Shown here piece by piece: positions 8,388-19,400 of a stretch of DNA of 32,000 bases. Under the pieces are notes generated by a model. It saw nothing but the letters and a program-made list of their open reading frames with translations. It had not been told where the DNA came from and did not search any database. This DNA comes from Synechococcus sp. A15-28. GTDB taxonomy: Bacteria; Cyanobacteriota; Cyanobacteriia; PCC-6307; Cyanobiaceae. Both the position numbers and the translations under genes were made by a program. Numbering within the stretch: the first letter of the stretch is position 1; each line of letters starts with the position of its first letter. The stretch covers positions 810,001-842,000 of the forward strand of contig NZ_CP047931.1 of the NCBI RefSeq assembly GCF_014280175.1. Reading direction: 5' to 3'.

Positions 8388-8711
8388 TTAGCTGGCGAGA
8401 GCGATTTCGAGCTTTTCCTTCAGTTCGCCGGAGTTGTACATCTCGATCAGGATGTCGGATCCGCCCATGAATTCCCCTTGGACATAGACCTGAGGAATCG
8501 TCGGCCAACTGGAAAATTCCTTGATCCCCTGCCGGATCTCCATGTCCGAGAGAACGTCGAAGGTTTCGAAGCTGACGCCCAGGGAATGGAGGATCTGAAC
8601 CACATTGTTCGAGAAGCCGCACTGGGGCATCAACTTGTTCCCCTTCATGAACACGAAGATCGGGCTGGAGCCGATCAACGTCTCAATTCGGGTGCGGGTG
8701 GAGTCGTCCAT
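8388..8711 (-). CDS. grxD: Grx4-type monothiol glutaredoxin
   Basis: 107 aa; VFMKGNKLMPQCGFSNNVVQIL (CGFS active site), SSWPTIPQVYVQGEFMGGSDILIEMYNSGEL. Confidence 0.95.
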   Translation of the reverse strand: MDDSTRTRIETLIGSSPIFVFMKGNKLMPQCGFSNNVVQILHSLGVSFETFDVLSDMEIRQGIKEFSSWPTIPQVYVQGEFMGGSDILIEMYNSGELKEKLEIALAS

Positions 8712-8716
8712 GGAAG

Positions 8717-8965
8717 TCAGAGGCTGGGGGAATCGGCCGGAATGGTGGTGGACAGGGCCAGGGCATGGATCGCTTCACTGGCCAGTTCCTGTTGCAGTGC
8801 GCCGTAGACCAGCTGATGCTGGCGGATCCTGGAGAGGCCTTTGAAGGCTTCGGACACGACACTCACCTGAAGGTGGTCACCGCCACCGGTGAGGTCCTCG
8901 ACGGTCACCTTGGCATCGGGAATGGAGCGCTGAATGGCGGCTTCAACGGCGTCCGGCTGAACCAT
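8717..8965 (-). CDS. BolA family protein
   Basis: 82 aa; [42 protein letters not shown], immediately upstream of the Grx4 gene on the same strand. Confidence 0.9.
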   Translation of the reverse strand: MVQPDAVEAAIQRSIPDAKVTVEDLTGGGDHLQVSVVSEAFKGLSRIRQHQLVYGALQQELASEAIHALALSTTIPADSPSL

Positions 8966-9016
8966 GGGGATTGAGGACCTGTTGGAAATGATGCTGACAG
9001 AAGGGGTTCGCCGCTG

Positions 9017-9547
9017 TCAGCTGCCCGCAGGCGCGGCACCTTTGAATTCCGTGTCCACAAATCCAAGCTCCAGCAGGCTTTGGTAGGCCTTGCGGCCCTG
9101 GGGCTGCGCTGGCGTCATCAGCTTGACCACTTCCACCAGCACGGGAACGGCAACTTCCGGTTGATTCTGACGGCGGAACAGAGCAGCCAAACGCAGATCG
9201 GCTTCGGCCAGGAGTCCGAGAGCCTCGCGTCCCTTGGTGTCCATCTCGCGGGGAATGCGGGCATCAAGTCCGCGGAAGGCCCCGCTCAGATCCCGGTAGA
9301 AGGCCAGCAGCTGCTTGGACGCCTTACGAGCGTTGTCGTACTCCTGACGCGCCTTGGCGAGATCACCGGCGGCGGCGGCGGCATCCCCCCGATTGATCAT
9401 GGCCTGAACAGCAGCGGGGTTGAAACCGTCGGCTTTCTGGGCCAGAACGCGATCACTGGATGCGGTCTGTTGAGCCACCACCGGCATGCCAGCCAGACCC
9501 AGGCTCGCCACCAGGGCCGTGGCCGAGAGCAAGGAACGACAACCCAT
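9017..9547 (-). CDS. exported hypothetical protein with TPR-like helical region
   Basis: 176 aa; signal peptide-like SLLSATALVASLGLAGMPVVAQ then helical repeats AMINRGDAAAAAGDLAKARQEYDNA. Confidence 0.75.
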   Translation of the reverse strand: MGCRSLLSATALVASLGLAGMPVVAQQTASSDRVLAQKADGFNPAAVQAMINRGDAAAAAGDLAKARQEYDNARKASKQLLAFYRDLSGAFRGLDARIPREMDTKGREALGLLAEADLRLAALFRRQNQPEVAVPVLVEVVKLMTPAQPQGRKAYQSLLELGFVDTEFKGAAPAGS

Positions 9548-9575
9548 GGGGCAAGAAAGTTTGTAGACGCGGACT

Positions 9576-10331
9576 CTAAAAGGAGTTCAAAGGCCTGCCC
9601 ACTGCTGCACGGGCCGCTTGTTCAGCCGTATGTATTGCGTGAGCCAGGTACTGATTGAAACGCAATCCTGATTCCCGTCCACCCGTCGTAGGAACGGTCA
9701 TCGGTTCGCCGAAGCAGAGTGCAGCCCTGCTGAACGGTCGTGGTGGTGCCTGGCTGTAGCCGAGGCCGACGGGGATCACAGGAACGGAGAGTCCCTGCTT
9801 CTGGGCCAACTGCACCAGACGCACGAGCCCCTGATGAAGACGGATCGGTTGGTCCTTGCGCTGGATCTGGCCTTCCGGGAAGACCACAAGCTGCTGGCCA
9901 GCGATGAGCAGGTCGATGGCCAGCCGCAGGGTGGTCATCGAAGGGCGCCGCTGATTCACCGGGAAACAGCCGAGCCGCTGCAGGAACCAACCCTGAAGGC
10001 CACGCATCTCGGTGGTCGTCACCATGAAGCGGCAATCCCGACCGGTGACCCGACGTCCCGCTGCCATCGGCAGCATCAGGGCATCCCAGCGGGCCCGATG
10101 GGTTGGGGCCAGCACCACAGGGCCTGAGTGGGGCAGATGCTGCGGATTCAGCACCAATCGCTCACGGAATTGAAGCTTCAGAGCGATGTCCTGGGTGACC
10201 AGCATCGCCAGTGGGGCCCAGCGAGGGTCGATGCCCACCTGCAGTGCGGATTCACGGTTCGCCAGGGCCGCTGACAACAGGCTGTGCGCGCATTTAAGCG
10301 ATGCGAACCTAAAGCCAAGTCCGCCCTGCAT
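9576..10331 (-). CDS. 1-acylglycerol-3-phosphate acyltransferase-like (PlsC family)
   Basis: [20 protein letters not shown] (HX4D-type motif) and [10 protein letters not shown]; start uncertain (up to 251 aa). Confidence 0.8.
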   Translation of the reverse strand: MQGGLGFRFASLKCAHSLLSAALANRESALQVGIDPRWAPLAMLVTQDIALKLQFRERLVLNPQHLPHSGPVVLAPTHRARWDALMLPMAAGRRVTGRDCRFMVTTTEMRGLQGWFLQRLGCFPVNQRRPSMTTLRLAIDLLIAGQQLVVFPEGQIQRKDQPIRLHQGLVRLVQLAQKQGLSVPVIPVGLGYSQAPPRPFSRAALCFGEPMTVPTTGGRESGLRFNQYLAHAIHTAEQAARAAVGRPLNSF

Positions 10332-10356
10332 AGGATCGGCTCAGACAGACGTTGGT

Positions 10357-11106
10357 ATGGCCAGTCTCGGGGTCAACATCGACCACATCGCCAACATTCG
10401 CCAGGCACGCCGGACGGTGGAACCGGATCCTGTTCCCTTCGCCATGCTCGCCGAACTCGGCGGTGCCGATGGCATCACAGTTCATCTGCGGGAGGATCGC
10501 CGCCACATCCAGGACCGCGATGTGGAGCTGCTGCGGCAGACCGTGCGCTCCCGTCTGAATCTGGAGATGGCAGCAACCCAGGAGATGGTGGAGATCGCCC
10601 TGGGCGTCCAACCAGACATGGTCACTCTTGTCCCCGAAAAACGGGAAGAGGTCACCACTGAAGGAGGACTGAATGTGGCCGCTCAGTTGAGCGTGTTAAC
10701 CCCGATGGTGGAACGGCTGCAGCAGCAGGGCATTCCCGTAAGCCTGTTCGTTGACCCGGAATCCAACCAGTTGGAGGCCTGTCGCAGCAGTGGAGCCCGC
10801 TGGGTTGAGCTGCACACCGGGACCTACGCCGACGCCCCCTGGCGCGACCAGCCGGCTGAGTTGGCCCGCATCACCGAGGGTGCTGCCACGGCCCGCCATC
10901 TAGGCCTTCGCGTGAACGCAGGCCATGGACTCACTTATCAGAACGTGGAACCGATTGCAGCTATTCCTGGCATGGAGGAATTGAACATCGGTCACACGAT
11001 CGTGGCCCGTGCGGTTGCAGTCGGTCTGCAACAGGCCGTGCGCGAGATGAAGGCCTTGATCCAGAATCCCCGCCTGGATCCCCTGTTCGGACACGCGCTC
11101 GGATGA
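10357..11106 (+). CDS. pdxJ: pyridoxine 5'-phosphate synthase PdxJ
   Basis: 249 aa from ATG 10357; [65 protein letters not shown]. Confidence 0.97.
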   Translation: MASLGVNIDHIANIRQARRTVEPDPVPFAMLAELGGADGITVHLREDRRHIQDRDVELLRQTVRSRLNLEMAATQEMVEIALGVQPDMVTLVPEKREEVTTEGGLNVAAQLSVLTPMVERLQQQGIPVSLFVDPESNQLEACRSSGARWVELHTGTYADAPWRDQPAELARITEGAATARHLGLRVNAGHGLTYQNVEPIAAIPGMEELNIGHTIVARAVAVGLQQAVREMKALIQNPRLDPLFGHALG

Positions 11107-11426
11107 CTGCTTACTACTTCGTTGCTGCCAGCGAGCAGTTTCTGACCGTTGAGGAACCGCTGGAAGAAGTGCTGCGGGAGCGTCGGCGCAACTACGAGGA
11201 GAACAGCAAAGCCATCGATTTCTGGTTGGTTCGCCAGCCCGCCTTTTTGGAGACCGATGAATTCAGTGCCATCAACGGACAGCTGCCCAAGCCAGCGGCT
11301 GCGGTGGTGTCCACAGATCCCACGTTCATCACCTTTTTGAAGCTGCGGTTGGAGTACGTGCTCGAGGGCCGCTTCGAAGCTCCTTCTGCATCGATTCCCG
11401 ACGCCTTTGCCAGCATCGCCGCATGA
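11103..11426 (+). CDS. ycf54: Ycf54 (MgPME cyclase-associated protein)
   Basis: 107 aa; [74 protein letters not shown]. Overlaps the pdxJ stop (ATGA). Confidence 0.92.
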   Translation: MTAYYFVAASEQFLTVEEPLEEVLRERRRNYEENSKAIDFWLVRQPAFLETDEFSAINGQLPKPAAAVVSTDPTFITFLKLRLEYVLEGRFEAPSASIPDAFASIAA

Positions 11427-11734
11427 ACCGGCAATCACTTCCGGTGGCCCAGAGGATTGCCCTGCTGGTTCAGGCCCTCGATGGTGCTGAAAAAACGAAT
11501 CAGGCGCTTGCGACCTGCGCGGATGGCGAGGCCATGGTCGACATTCTTTTGGGTGCTTCCGCAAAGCTCGGCCTCGGTCTGACCCGACGCGATCTGATGG
11601 AAACACCGCCGATTCGGGACTGGATCTGGTTCAAAAGCAACGATCCCCTGGTCACCGTGGGTGATGCAAAGCCCCGTTACCGCCGGGAATCCGTCGACGA
11701 GAAACCCCGTCGCAAATTTCTGGGTTTGTTCTGA
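11423..11734 (+). CDS. hypothetical protein, 103 aa
   Basis: Intact ORF overlapping the ycf54 stop (ATGA arrangement). Confidence 0.7.
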   Translation: MNRQSLPVAQRIALLVQALDGAEKTNQALATCADGEAMVDILLGASAKLGLGLTRRDLMETPPIRDWIWFKSNDPLVTVGDAKPRYRRESVDEKPRRKFLGLF

Positions 11735-11780
11735 CAGCACGCGCCATGTTGATCAGACTTCCAGGGCTCAATCTTGTCTT

Positions 11781-12419
11781 GTGAAAGAGACACCCCTACG
11801 CCACTGGGTGATCGGTGATGTCCACGGATGCCACACCTCTCTTCTGGACCTTTTGGCGGTGCTGCCAGTCCAGGACCACCTGATTTTCTGTGGCGACGTG
11901 ATCTGCCGTCGTGGCGGCATCGATGCCTGCATGCATCTGATCTGGGATCTGGTTTGTTGCGGACGGGCCACGTGGTTACGGGGCAATCACGAACAGGCGT
12001 TGATCCATTCCTTACAAGACGTTGGCGAAGGTTCGCAAACAGCTTCGACCCATCAGTGGCTGCATCGCCTCAATCAGTTGCCGCTGCTCTATCGCGCAGA
12101 CGGCTGGTGTGCGACCCATGCCGGCTTCAACAGCGACGGTGAGCCGGATCTGTCGATTCGTGAGCCGTTCTGGGAGACCTACGACGGTCGCTATGGCCGC
12201 GTGGTGATCGGTCACACACCGCGGCCTGCGGTGGAGCGTCATCAGCGAATTGTCCTGATCGACACGGGAGCGGTGTACGGCGGGCTGCTCTCGGCCTACT
12301 GCCCGGAAACCGATGCGGTGGTGCAGGTGCGGGGTCAGCGCAGCCAGGATCCACGTCCAGCGGCTGCCGAGGGGGAGCGGGTGTCAGCCCTGTTGCGAGG
12401 AGACTGGACCCGTTGCTGA
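11781..12419 (+). CDS. calcineurin-like metallophosphoesterase / Ser-Thr protein phosphatase
   Basis: HWVIGDVHGCHTSLLDLL..LIFCGDVICRRGG..WLRGNHEQAL..THAGFNSDG..VVIGHTPRP. GTG start at 11781 inferred. Confidence 0.88.
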   Translation: MKETPLRHWVIGDVHGCHTSLLDLLAVLPVQDHLIFCGDVICRRGGIDACMHLIWDLVCCGRATWLRGNHEQALIHSLQDVGEGSQTASTHQWLHRLNQLPLLYRADGWCATHAGFNSDGEPDLSIREPFWETYDGRYGRVVIGHTPRPAVERHQRIVLIDTGAVYGGLLSAYCPETDAVVQVRGQRSQDPRPAAAEGERVSALLRGDWTRC

Positions 12420-15400
12420 CGCTCTACCGCAGCAACCGGGCGGAATTCCTGGCCACCTTGCTGGCCCGTCAGTTGCTGGAGGAGCGACCGGATCCCTTCG
12501 AAACGGTGGAGGTGTTGGTGAACACCTGGCCCACCAGCCGCTGGCTCGGCGAGCAGCTCGCCACAGCCAACGGCATCAGTTCGCTGGTGCGCTTTCCCTT
12601 TCCCGGCAGTCGCCTGCGCCAGCTTGTGCGACGGGTCCTCGACCTCCCCGATCATGAGGAGGATCCCTGGCGGGCCACCTCCCTGGTCTGGACGGTCCTG
12701 GAGCTGATGCCGGCTCTGTTGGAGCAGCCTGTCGCGCAGCCTCTGCGGGCCTGGCTGAAACAGCGTGATGGGGAGGCTTCGGGGCTCAGTCGGGATCGTT
12801 GGCAGCTGGCTCGAGCGATCGCCGACGCCTTCGACGACTACGCCCTTTATCGGCCAGCCACCCTGCACAGCTGGATGCGGGGCAGCCGTGCATCCACCGA
12901 AACGGACTGGCAACCGTGGCTGGCCCGGCAACTGGACGCTTCCCTGCATCGTCAACCCTTCGGACTGCAGGTGCAGACAGCGGTGGAACGGTTGTGCTCC
13001 GGAGCCGTGGATCCAGACGTGCTGCCGAAGGTGATCCGTCTGTTCGGCATCAGTGCTCTGGCCCCGGTTCAGGTGGACCTGATCCAGGCCCTCTCGGGCA
13101 CCACTGAGGTTCAGGTGTACCTGCTCACGCCCTGCCGTGATCTCTGGCAGCGCTGTGGCAGCCGCCGTGAGCAGCTGGGTGAGACCTGGATCGACCCTCC
13201 CGATGGCGGTTGGTTGCAGCAGGCGCCGCGGCTGGAAGCCACCCTTGGACGGATGGGGGCTGAGTTTCAGCAGCTGCTGGAGGGCAGTGGCGACAGCCAG
13301 CTGGGGGAGCGGCGTGAAGGGGATCTGTTTGCCGATCCCGTGCGGATTGCTGAAGGGGAAGGTCGTCCCGCCACGCTGCTGGAACGGTTGCAGCAACAGC
13401 AGGTGGAACCAGGTTGCTGTGAATCCCTTGAACGAGAGCACGATGACCGCTCTCTGCTGTTCCAGGCCGCCCCCGGTCCTTTGCGGGAGGTGCAGTTGGT
13501 GCGGGATCAGGTGTTGCAGTGGCTGGCTGCGGATCCAGAACTCGAGCCTCGGGACGTCCTGGTGATGACCCCCCAGATCGACCGTTATGCCCCGCTGCTG
13601 AGCTCGGTGTTCAACGACCGTGATGCGATTGGGGTGGATCTGCCCTGGCGTCTGACCGATCGCAGCCAGCAGAGCACTCCTGGCCTGACGATGGCGATGC
13701 TGGAGTTGCTGGACCTGGCGGCAGGACGTCTGACCGCCACAGGACTGGAACGGTTGTTGGCCAATCCCGCCTTGCAGGCTCAGCAGGGGTTCAGTGGCGA
13801 GGATGCCGCAGCCCTCACCCGCATCCTGCAGCGCACGGGCTTCCGCTGGGGGTTGGATGCCCTGGAGCGGGGCGGTGATGAGACCCACAGCCTCATCTGG
13901 TCTCTGGATCGTTGGTTGCTGGGTCTGGCGCTGCCGCAACGGGATGGACTGGCGCCCGGAGGGACGGCGCCGTTTCATCAGGATCTCGATCCGCAGCGGT
14001 TGGTGCGCTGGTGGACCGTTCTGGATCGTCTGGTGCGCTGGTTGCAGCAGCTGCGACGACCACGGGCTTCATCGGCCTGGGTGGAGTTGCTGCAGGCCTT
14101 GCTGGAGGACCTCTTCGCTGATGGAGGTGATTGGAGCTGGGAGCGTCAGAGCTGGTCGGCGGCTTTGGCGGATTGGCAGCAGCGCGCAGCTGCCTGTCCG
14201 CTGGAGCTTGAGGTGGCGGTGGCTGCTGAAGTGCTGGCGGAGGCTCTGTCGGTGGACAGTGGCCGCTTCGGGCATCGCAGTGGTGCGCTCACGGTGAGTG
14301 CTCTGGAACCGATGCGGGCGATTCCCCACAAGGTGATCGTGCTGATGGGCCTCGACGACGGGGTGTTTCCTCGCATCGACCAACGGCCTGGCTTTCATCT
14401 GCTGGAGCAGCGCCGCTGGCTTGGCGATCCCTGCGGCGGTGATCAGGACCGTTATGTGCTTCTGGAGGCGCTGATGTCGGCACGGCGTCATCTGCTGATC
14501 AGTTGGTGCGGCCGCAATGAACACACCGGTGAGCCCCGGCCGGCCGCGGCGCCGGTGGAACAGTGGCTGCAGGACCTGAGCCGGCAGCTGGGGACAGAGG
14601 CCAGCGCGGGGCTGTGCATCGAGCCGGATCCCAATCCGCTTGATCGCAGCAACTTTCACGTCGCTGTGCATGGCCAGCCCCTCAGCTGTGATCGACGTCA
14701 ACTGGAGGCGCGACGCTGGCTCGATCGACATCAAAGCGATGGCGCCCTCGGCGGTCTGGCCCTGCCTCTGTCGTGGAGCCCGCTGGAACCGGACGACACA
14801 GTTTACCCTCTCAGTTATGAGGAGCTGTTGCAGTGGCTGGTGGACCCGCAATCCGCCTGGCTGCGGCAGTTGGGCCTCCATCCAGGCGAGCGGGTGGATC
14901 CGGTGGAGGATCTCGAGGCCCTGGCGCTCACCAGCCTGCTGCAGGCCCAGCTGTTGAATCAGGATCTGGAGGGCCACCTGCTGGCGGCTGAGACCCCTGC
15001 GTGGCGCGACATGTTGGCCGGTCAGGGGGTGCTTCCTCCGGGCGCAGGGGCAGAGCTGGAGCAGGGAGTCCTCAACCATCGGCTCCAGGCGTTGCAGCAG
15101 CAGCTGAATGGGCTCGGAGGCTGCAGACGTGAGGGCCCCCTGCTGTTCGCCGGCGACATTCAGGTGGTGGTTCAGCCCGGTCGCTTTTCACCGCGCGGAC
15201 TGATGCGGGGTTGGCTCCAGCATCTCCAGCTCTGTGCTGATGCTGCCGACTTCGGCGGCAGCGCCGTGATCGCCCGAGCGGACAGAGGTGACGAGGCCAA
15301 GACCCATGTGCGTTGGATTCGCCTCGAGCCATCTGATGCCGAAGCGCAGTTGCAGTCGCTGCAGCGCTTGGCTCAGCAAGGGCAGCATCAGTGCTGGCCG

Positions 15401-15622
15401 GTTCCGCCGAAGAGCGGTTGGCTGTTGATGAGCAGAGACCACAGCAAGGCCGGCAGCGGTGGGGCTGCTTTTCGGGACAGCTGGATCCGGGAGCGGCAGG
15501 ACCCCCAGCAACGGCTGTGCTTCGGGGCAGATATTGAGGCGGATCTGCTGTTAAAGAGCCAGGGGTTCGAGCAGGCTTGCGCGTTGCTCTATGCGCCGAT
15601 GCTGCAGGCCTTGGTGCGCTGA
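12413..15622 (+). CDS. recC: exodeoxyribonuclease V subunit gamma (RecC)
   Basis: 1069 aa; MLTLYRSNRAEFLATLLARQLL..TSRWLGEQLATANGISS..FPFPGSRLRQLVRRVL; VMTPQIDRYAPLLSSVF; VIVLMGLDDGVFPR; YVLLEALMSARRHLLISWCGRNEHTGEP. Confidence 0.93.
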   Translation: MLTLYRSNRAEFLATLLARQLLEERPDPFETVEVLVNTWPTSRWLGEQLATANGISSLVRFPFPGSRLRQLVRRVLDLPDHEEDPWRATSLVWTVLELMPALLEQPVAQPLRAWLKQRDGEASGLSRDRWQLARAIADAFDDYALYRPATLHSWMRGSRASTETDWQPWLARQLDASLHRQPFGLQVQTAVERLCSGAVDPDVLPKVIRLFGISALAPVQVDLIQALSGTTEVQVYLLTPCRDLWQRCGSRREQLGETWIDPPDGGWLQQAPRLEATLGRMGAEFQQLLEGSGDSQLGERREGDLFADPVRIAEGEGRPATLLERLQQQQVEPGCCESLEREHDDRSLLFQAAPGPLREVQLVRDQVLQWLAADPELEPRDVLVMTPQIDRYAPLLSSVFNDRDAIGVDLPWRLTDRSQQSTPGLTMAMLELLDLAAGRLTATGLERLLANPALQAQQGFSGEDAAALTRILQRTGFRWGLDALERGGDETHSLIWSLDRWLLGLALPQRDGLAPGGTAPFHQDLDPQRLVRWWTVLDRLVRWLQQLRRPRASSAWVELLQALLEDLFADGGDWSWERQSWSAALADWQQRAAACPLELEVAVAAEVLAEALSVDSGRFGHRSGALTVSALEPMRAIPHKVIVLMGLDDGVFPRIDQRPGFHLLEQRRWLGDPCGGDQDRYVLLEALMSARRHLLISWCGRNEHTGEPRPAAAPVEQWLQDLSRQLGTEASAGLCIEPDPNPLDRSNFHVAVHGQPLSCDRRQLEARRWLDRHQSDGALGGLALPLSWSPLEPDDTVYPLSYEELLQWLVDPQSAWLRQLGLHPGERVDPVEDLEALALTSLLQAQLLNQDLEGHLLAAETPAWRDMLAGQGVLPPGAGAELEQGVLNHRLQALQQQLNGLGGCRREGPLLFAGDIQVVVQPGRFSPRGLMRGWLQHLQLCADAADFGGSAVIARADRGDEAKTHVRWIRLEPSDAEAQLQSLQRLAQQGQHQCWPVPPKSGWLLMSRDHSKAGSGGAAFRDSWIRERQDPQQRLCFGADIEADLLLKSQGFEQACALLYAPMLQALVR

Positions 15623-15753
15623 AGACAAGACAGGTTCGCTGCTACGACGAGCCAGCGACCTGCCCTTCAAGCAGACCCTATGGAGGTGATGCCAACTGCG
15701 CAGCCGTGGGGACCGGGTTCCCTGACCGGGTCAGGAACTCTGCACAGATTTGT

Positions 15754-16197
15754 TTACCCGGGGTTCAGTTCATCGAACAGCTGCTGCACCCGGTACTCAA
15801 GCTGAGCGATCGGATCGACGCCGTCCTCCTCATCGAGGTCTTTGACCGTCCAAAAGCGGATCCTGTCCTCCCAGGCGGGGAACTGCTGCTGCACCATCGG
15901 TCGATGGGCCGCCTCATCAACGGCCACCAAGACATCCGCAGCCTCCAGCTCAGCTTCCGTGACCTGTTTTGGTGCGGCGAGGCTGGCTGGATCGACGGTT
16001 ACACCACGGTCCTGCAGGGCGCTGATCGCCTCAGGCGCCATCGGACCGATGTTGCCACTGCTGGGATCTACCTTCAGCCCAGCAGAGTCAACCTGCAGAG
16101 CCCCCGTCGCCTGGTTGATCTCGATCAGCTGCTGGAACAGCGCTTGCGAGAAACGACTGCGGAAGTAGTTGCCGGTGCAGAGAAACAGGACGCGCAC
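15754..16197 (-). CDS. low-molecular-weight protein-tyrosine-phosphatase family protein
   Basis: 147 aa; VLFLCTGNYFRSRFSQALF P-loop (CX5RS), DSAGLKV. Confidence 0.85.
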   Translation of the reverse strand: MRVLFLCTGNYFRSRFSQALFQQLIEINQATGALQVDSAGLKVDPSSGNIGPMAPEAISALQDRGVTVDPASLAAPKQVTEAELEAADVLVAVDEAAHRPMVQQQFPAWEDRIRFWTVKDLDEEDGVDPIAQLEYRVQQLFDELNPG

Positions 16198-16203
16198 CGA
16201 GGG

Positions 16204-16293
16204 TCAGCCCCTAAAACTGTTGATCAGAGCAAAGCCATACAACGCGACGATTGCGGCTCCCAACAATCCGACGGACGTGAGCTGGCGTGCCAT
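16204..16293 (-). CDS. candidate 29-aa hydrophobic small protein
   Basis: ATG at 16293 reads MARQLTSVGLLGAAIVALYGFALINSFRG; 6 bp upstream of the phosphatase ORF on the same strand. The ORF track gives a longer 60-aa version from 16386. Confidence 0.5.
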   Translation of the reverse strand: MARQLTSVGLLGAAIVALYGFALINSFRG

Positions 16294-16403
16294 GACGATG
16301 TGGTTCGGCACCCTTGTTGTGACCCAGCTCAAAAACAGTGTCAAATGCGTCGCCGGGTCGGTGTTGGATCGCTCGTCAATGACCATGGCCGGAGGGCTGC
16401 GCG

Positions 16404-19400
16404 ATGCGCTTTGACCCCAATCGCTACCCCCTCGACTCTGGTCTGCGGCTGTTGGAGGCGAGCGCCGGCACCGGCAAGACCTTTGCTCTGGCGCATCTCG
16501 CTCTGCGACTGATCAGCGAGGGCGCTATCCCCCTGTCCAGTCTGCTGGTGGTGACCTTCACCGACGCGGCCGCGTCGGAGTTGCGCTCCCGCATCGGTCA
16601 GCGTCTGCAGGTTGCGCTGACGGGGCTTGAGGCTCTCGAACGCGGTGTTGCCTTGCCGGAGGCTGATCCGGTGCTGCAGCAGTGGTGGCAGCGAGCACCC
16701 CAGGGCCAGTCCCGCCGCGACTGGATCAGCCGTGTGCTGATGGCCATGGAACAACTCGATGCCGCTGAGATCACCACCATCCATGGCTTCTGCAGTCGCA
16801 GCCTGCGCAGGCTGGCGATCAGCAGCGGTGCGGCGATGCAGCAGCAGCTGGAGACCGACGCGACGGCTCTCGTGCAGGAGGTGGTTCAGGACCTTTGGCA
16901 ACAGCACGTGTTGACCCTCCCCCTGCCGCAGTTGCAGGGATTGATGCTGGCGGGACTGAGCTCCGACGGTCTGTCGGCTGCGCTGGAGCGTCTCGATGGA
17001 GATCCCCAGGCTCGGTTGCAGACGGATGGGGATGACTTCGATCCCAACCAGCCTTTGGGTGCGCAGCTGGAGGTTTCGCTTCAGGCCAGCTGGAGGCGTT
17101 TCGTGAGCTGTTGGACACGCGATGGCGTGGAACTGGAGCAATGCTTCCGATCGACGGCGCTTCAGTGGAAGGCGATGGGGTGCAAACCGTCGCCTTACAG
17201 CCCTAAACCAACCACTGATCGCTGCGCTCAGGTGGATCGCTGGATCGCAGCCCAGGGCTCCACCCCGGATCTCTGCTCGATCCGGGCGCAACAGAAACTG
17301 CTGCACGACTACTTCCATCCCGGCGTCTGGTGCAGGACGGCCCGCAAATGCGGTGAGGACGAGCCATCCCTGGCGGCGCCTGAGTTGCAACGGGCCATCG
17401 CGGACCTCTGGGATGGCCCGATCGAACGGGTCTGGCGCTACGCCCTGCAACGGGGATTGCAACAGCTCCAGCGGCGGCGGCAGCGCAGCGGCACCGTCAG
17501 CTTCGCTGGTCTGCTGACGGCGATGGATCCGGGTGACGCTGAGGCCTCGTGGTTGGAGCCGTTACAGCAGCGTTACCGCGCCGTGATGGTGGATGAATTT
17601 CAGGACACCGATCCGGTGCAGTGGAGGCTGCTGCAGCGAAGTTTCGGGGGTGGGTCGCACCTGCTGTTGCTGGTGGGTGATCCCAAGCAGGCGATCTATC
17701 GCTTCCGAGGTGGCGACCTGGACACCTATCGACGGGCCCGTGGGTTGGTGAGCCGGATCGACACGCTGGAGGACAACTACCGCACCACGCCACCGCTGAT
17801 GGCGGGGCTGAATGCCCTGATGGCTCCAGGCCTGCCGGAGTCGGGGTTGGAGGTTCCGGCGGTTCAGGCCCGCACGGCACGGCCAGGGGCGGTCCTCCCC
17901 GACGGGCAGCAGCCCCTGCAGCTGCTGCAGTTCGAGCAGGAGCTTCCAACCGGAAAGACCGCCATCGAGGCGGCGGTACCGCCAGCAGTTGCCGAAGTGG
18001 TGATGCAACTGCTGATGGAGCAACCGGCCTTGAGCCCAGACCAGCTCTGCATTCTGGTGAGCCGGCATGACCAGGCCGCCGATCTGCGGCGGGCCCTGGC
18101 GGAACGGGGGGTACCCACACGGCTGGTGGCGCAGGGGGATGTGCTGGACAGCGACGCTGCGCTGGTGCTGCAGCGCTTGCTGGATGCTCTGGCGGCGCCA
18201 GCGGATGATCGCCGCCTGCGGTTATTGGCCGCCTCCCCCCTGGTGGGCTGGTCGGCCGATCGACTCCGTTGTGAGGCCCAGGATCCGCAGCTCGACGCCC
18301 TGGCCCAGCGCCTGCGCCAGGCGGCGGATCAGCTGCCGAGGCTGGGGCTGCTGGGTTGCCTGTCCGGGCTGTTGGACGCGGAACGCACGGCCGGCCTGTC
18401 CGAACAGGGCCGGATGCTGGGGGATCTGCAGCAGGCCGCCCGGCTGGTGCAGGAGGAGATGCACCGCCTGGGGCTGGATCTGGCCGCTGCTGCCCTGTGG
18501 CTGCGGCGGCAAAGGCTGCATCCCCCCAGCCCCCTGCCAGCGGCCCGCGAACCCCACAGCGATCTGTCGGAGAGCGCCGTGGCGGTGGTGACGGTTCATC
18601 GCAGCAAGGGTCTGGAATTTCCAGTGGTGATCTGCCCATACATCTGGGCTGGAGCCAAGGAGGCGCGCTACGTCACCGGCCCCCTGTGGCGGGATGGTGC
18701 GGCGGGAGGTTGGCGGATTGCCTTGAATCGCGACTGGGATCTCGGCTGGATGCTCTGGCAGCGCAGCCATGCTGAACAGGTGGCGGAGGCCGAGCGTCTG
18801 GCCTATGTCGCCGTCACCCGTGCACGTTCGCAGCTGCTGCTGCTCTGGGCCCCCTGCGTGCCGCAGCAGTCGGTGCTGCAGCACTGGCTGTTTGAGGCTG
18901 ATGCGGAAACGCTGCGGGATCTGCCCCTCAGCCAGCGGTCGCTGCAGCAGGAGACCGGCCAGCAGCGTTGGCGACCGCCCCAGCCTGAACAGACGTTGGC
19001 GATTGGGGCCACGCCGCAGCGGATCGATCGCAGCTGGGGGCGTTCCAGTTACTCAGCCTGGATCGCTGCTCCGGCCGCGGAAGCGGTGTTGGAGCAGGGC
19101 CGTGACCAGGATCCAGAGGCCGAGGAGGCCACCGCCGCCGGCAGTGAGGAGTGGCCGGACCAGGGGCCATTGGCAGACTTCCCCCGCGGTGCGGCGGCCG
19201 GGGATTGCCTGCACCGCATGCTCGAACAACTTCCCTTTCAGCGTTCCGCCGATTGGGGGCCTTTGATCGAGCAGGAACTGCAGCGCTCAGGACTTCCCCT
19301 GGACTGGTGCGAGGTGGTGGAGCAGGGGCTGCAGCAGGTGCTGGAAACACCGTTGGGAGGGCCTTTAGCGGCCCTCCCCCTCAACGCCTTGACGCCGGAT

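Noticed and set aside
12335-13978. 547-aa minus-strand ORF
   Set aside because: Antisense shadow of recC with low-complexity Gln/Leu/Arg content and no domain signature.
16341-18639. 373-aa and 380-aa minus-strand ORFs
   Set aside because: Antisense to recB, whose motifs are unambiguous; Pro/Arg/Ala-rich shadow composition.
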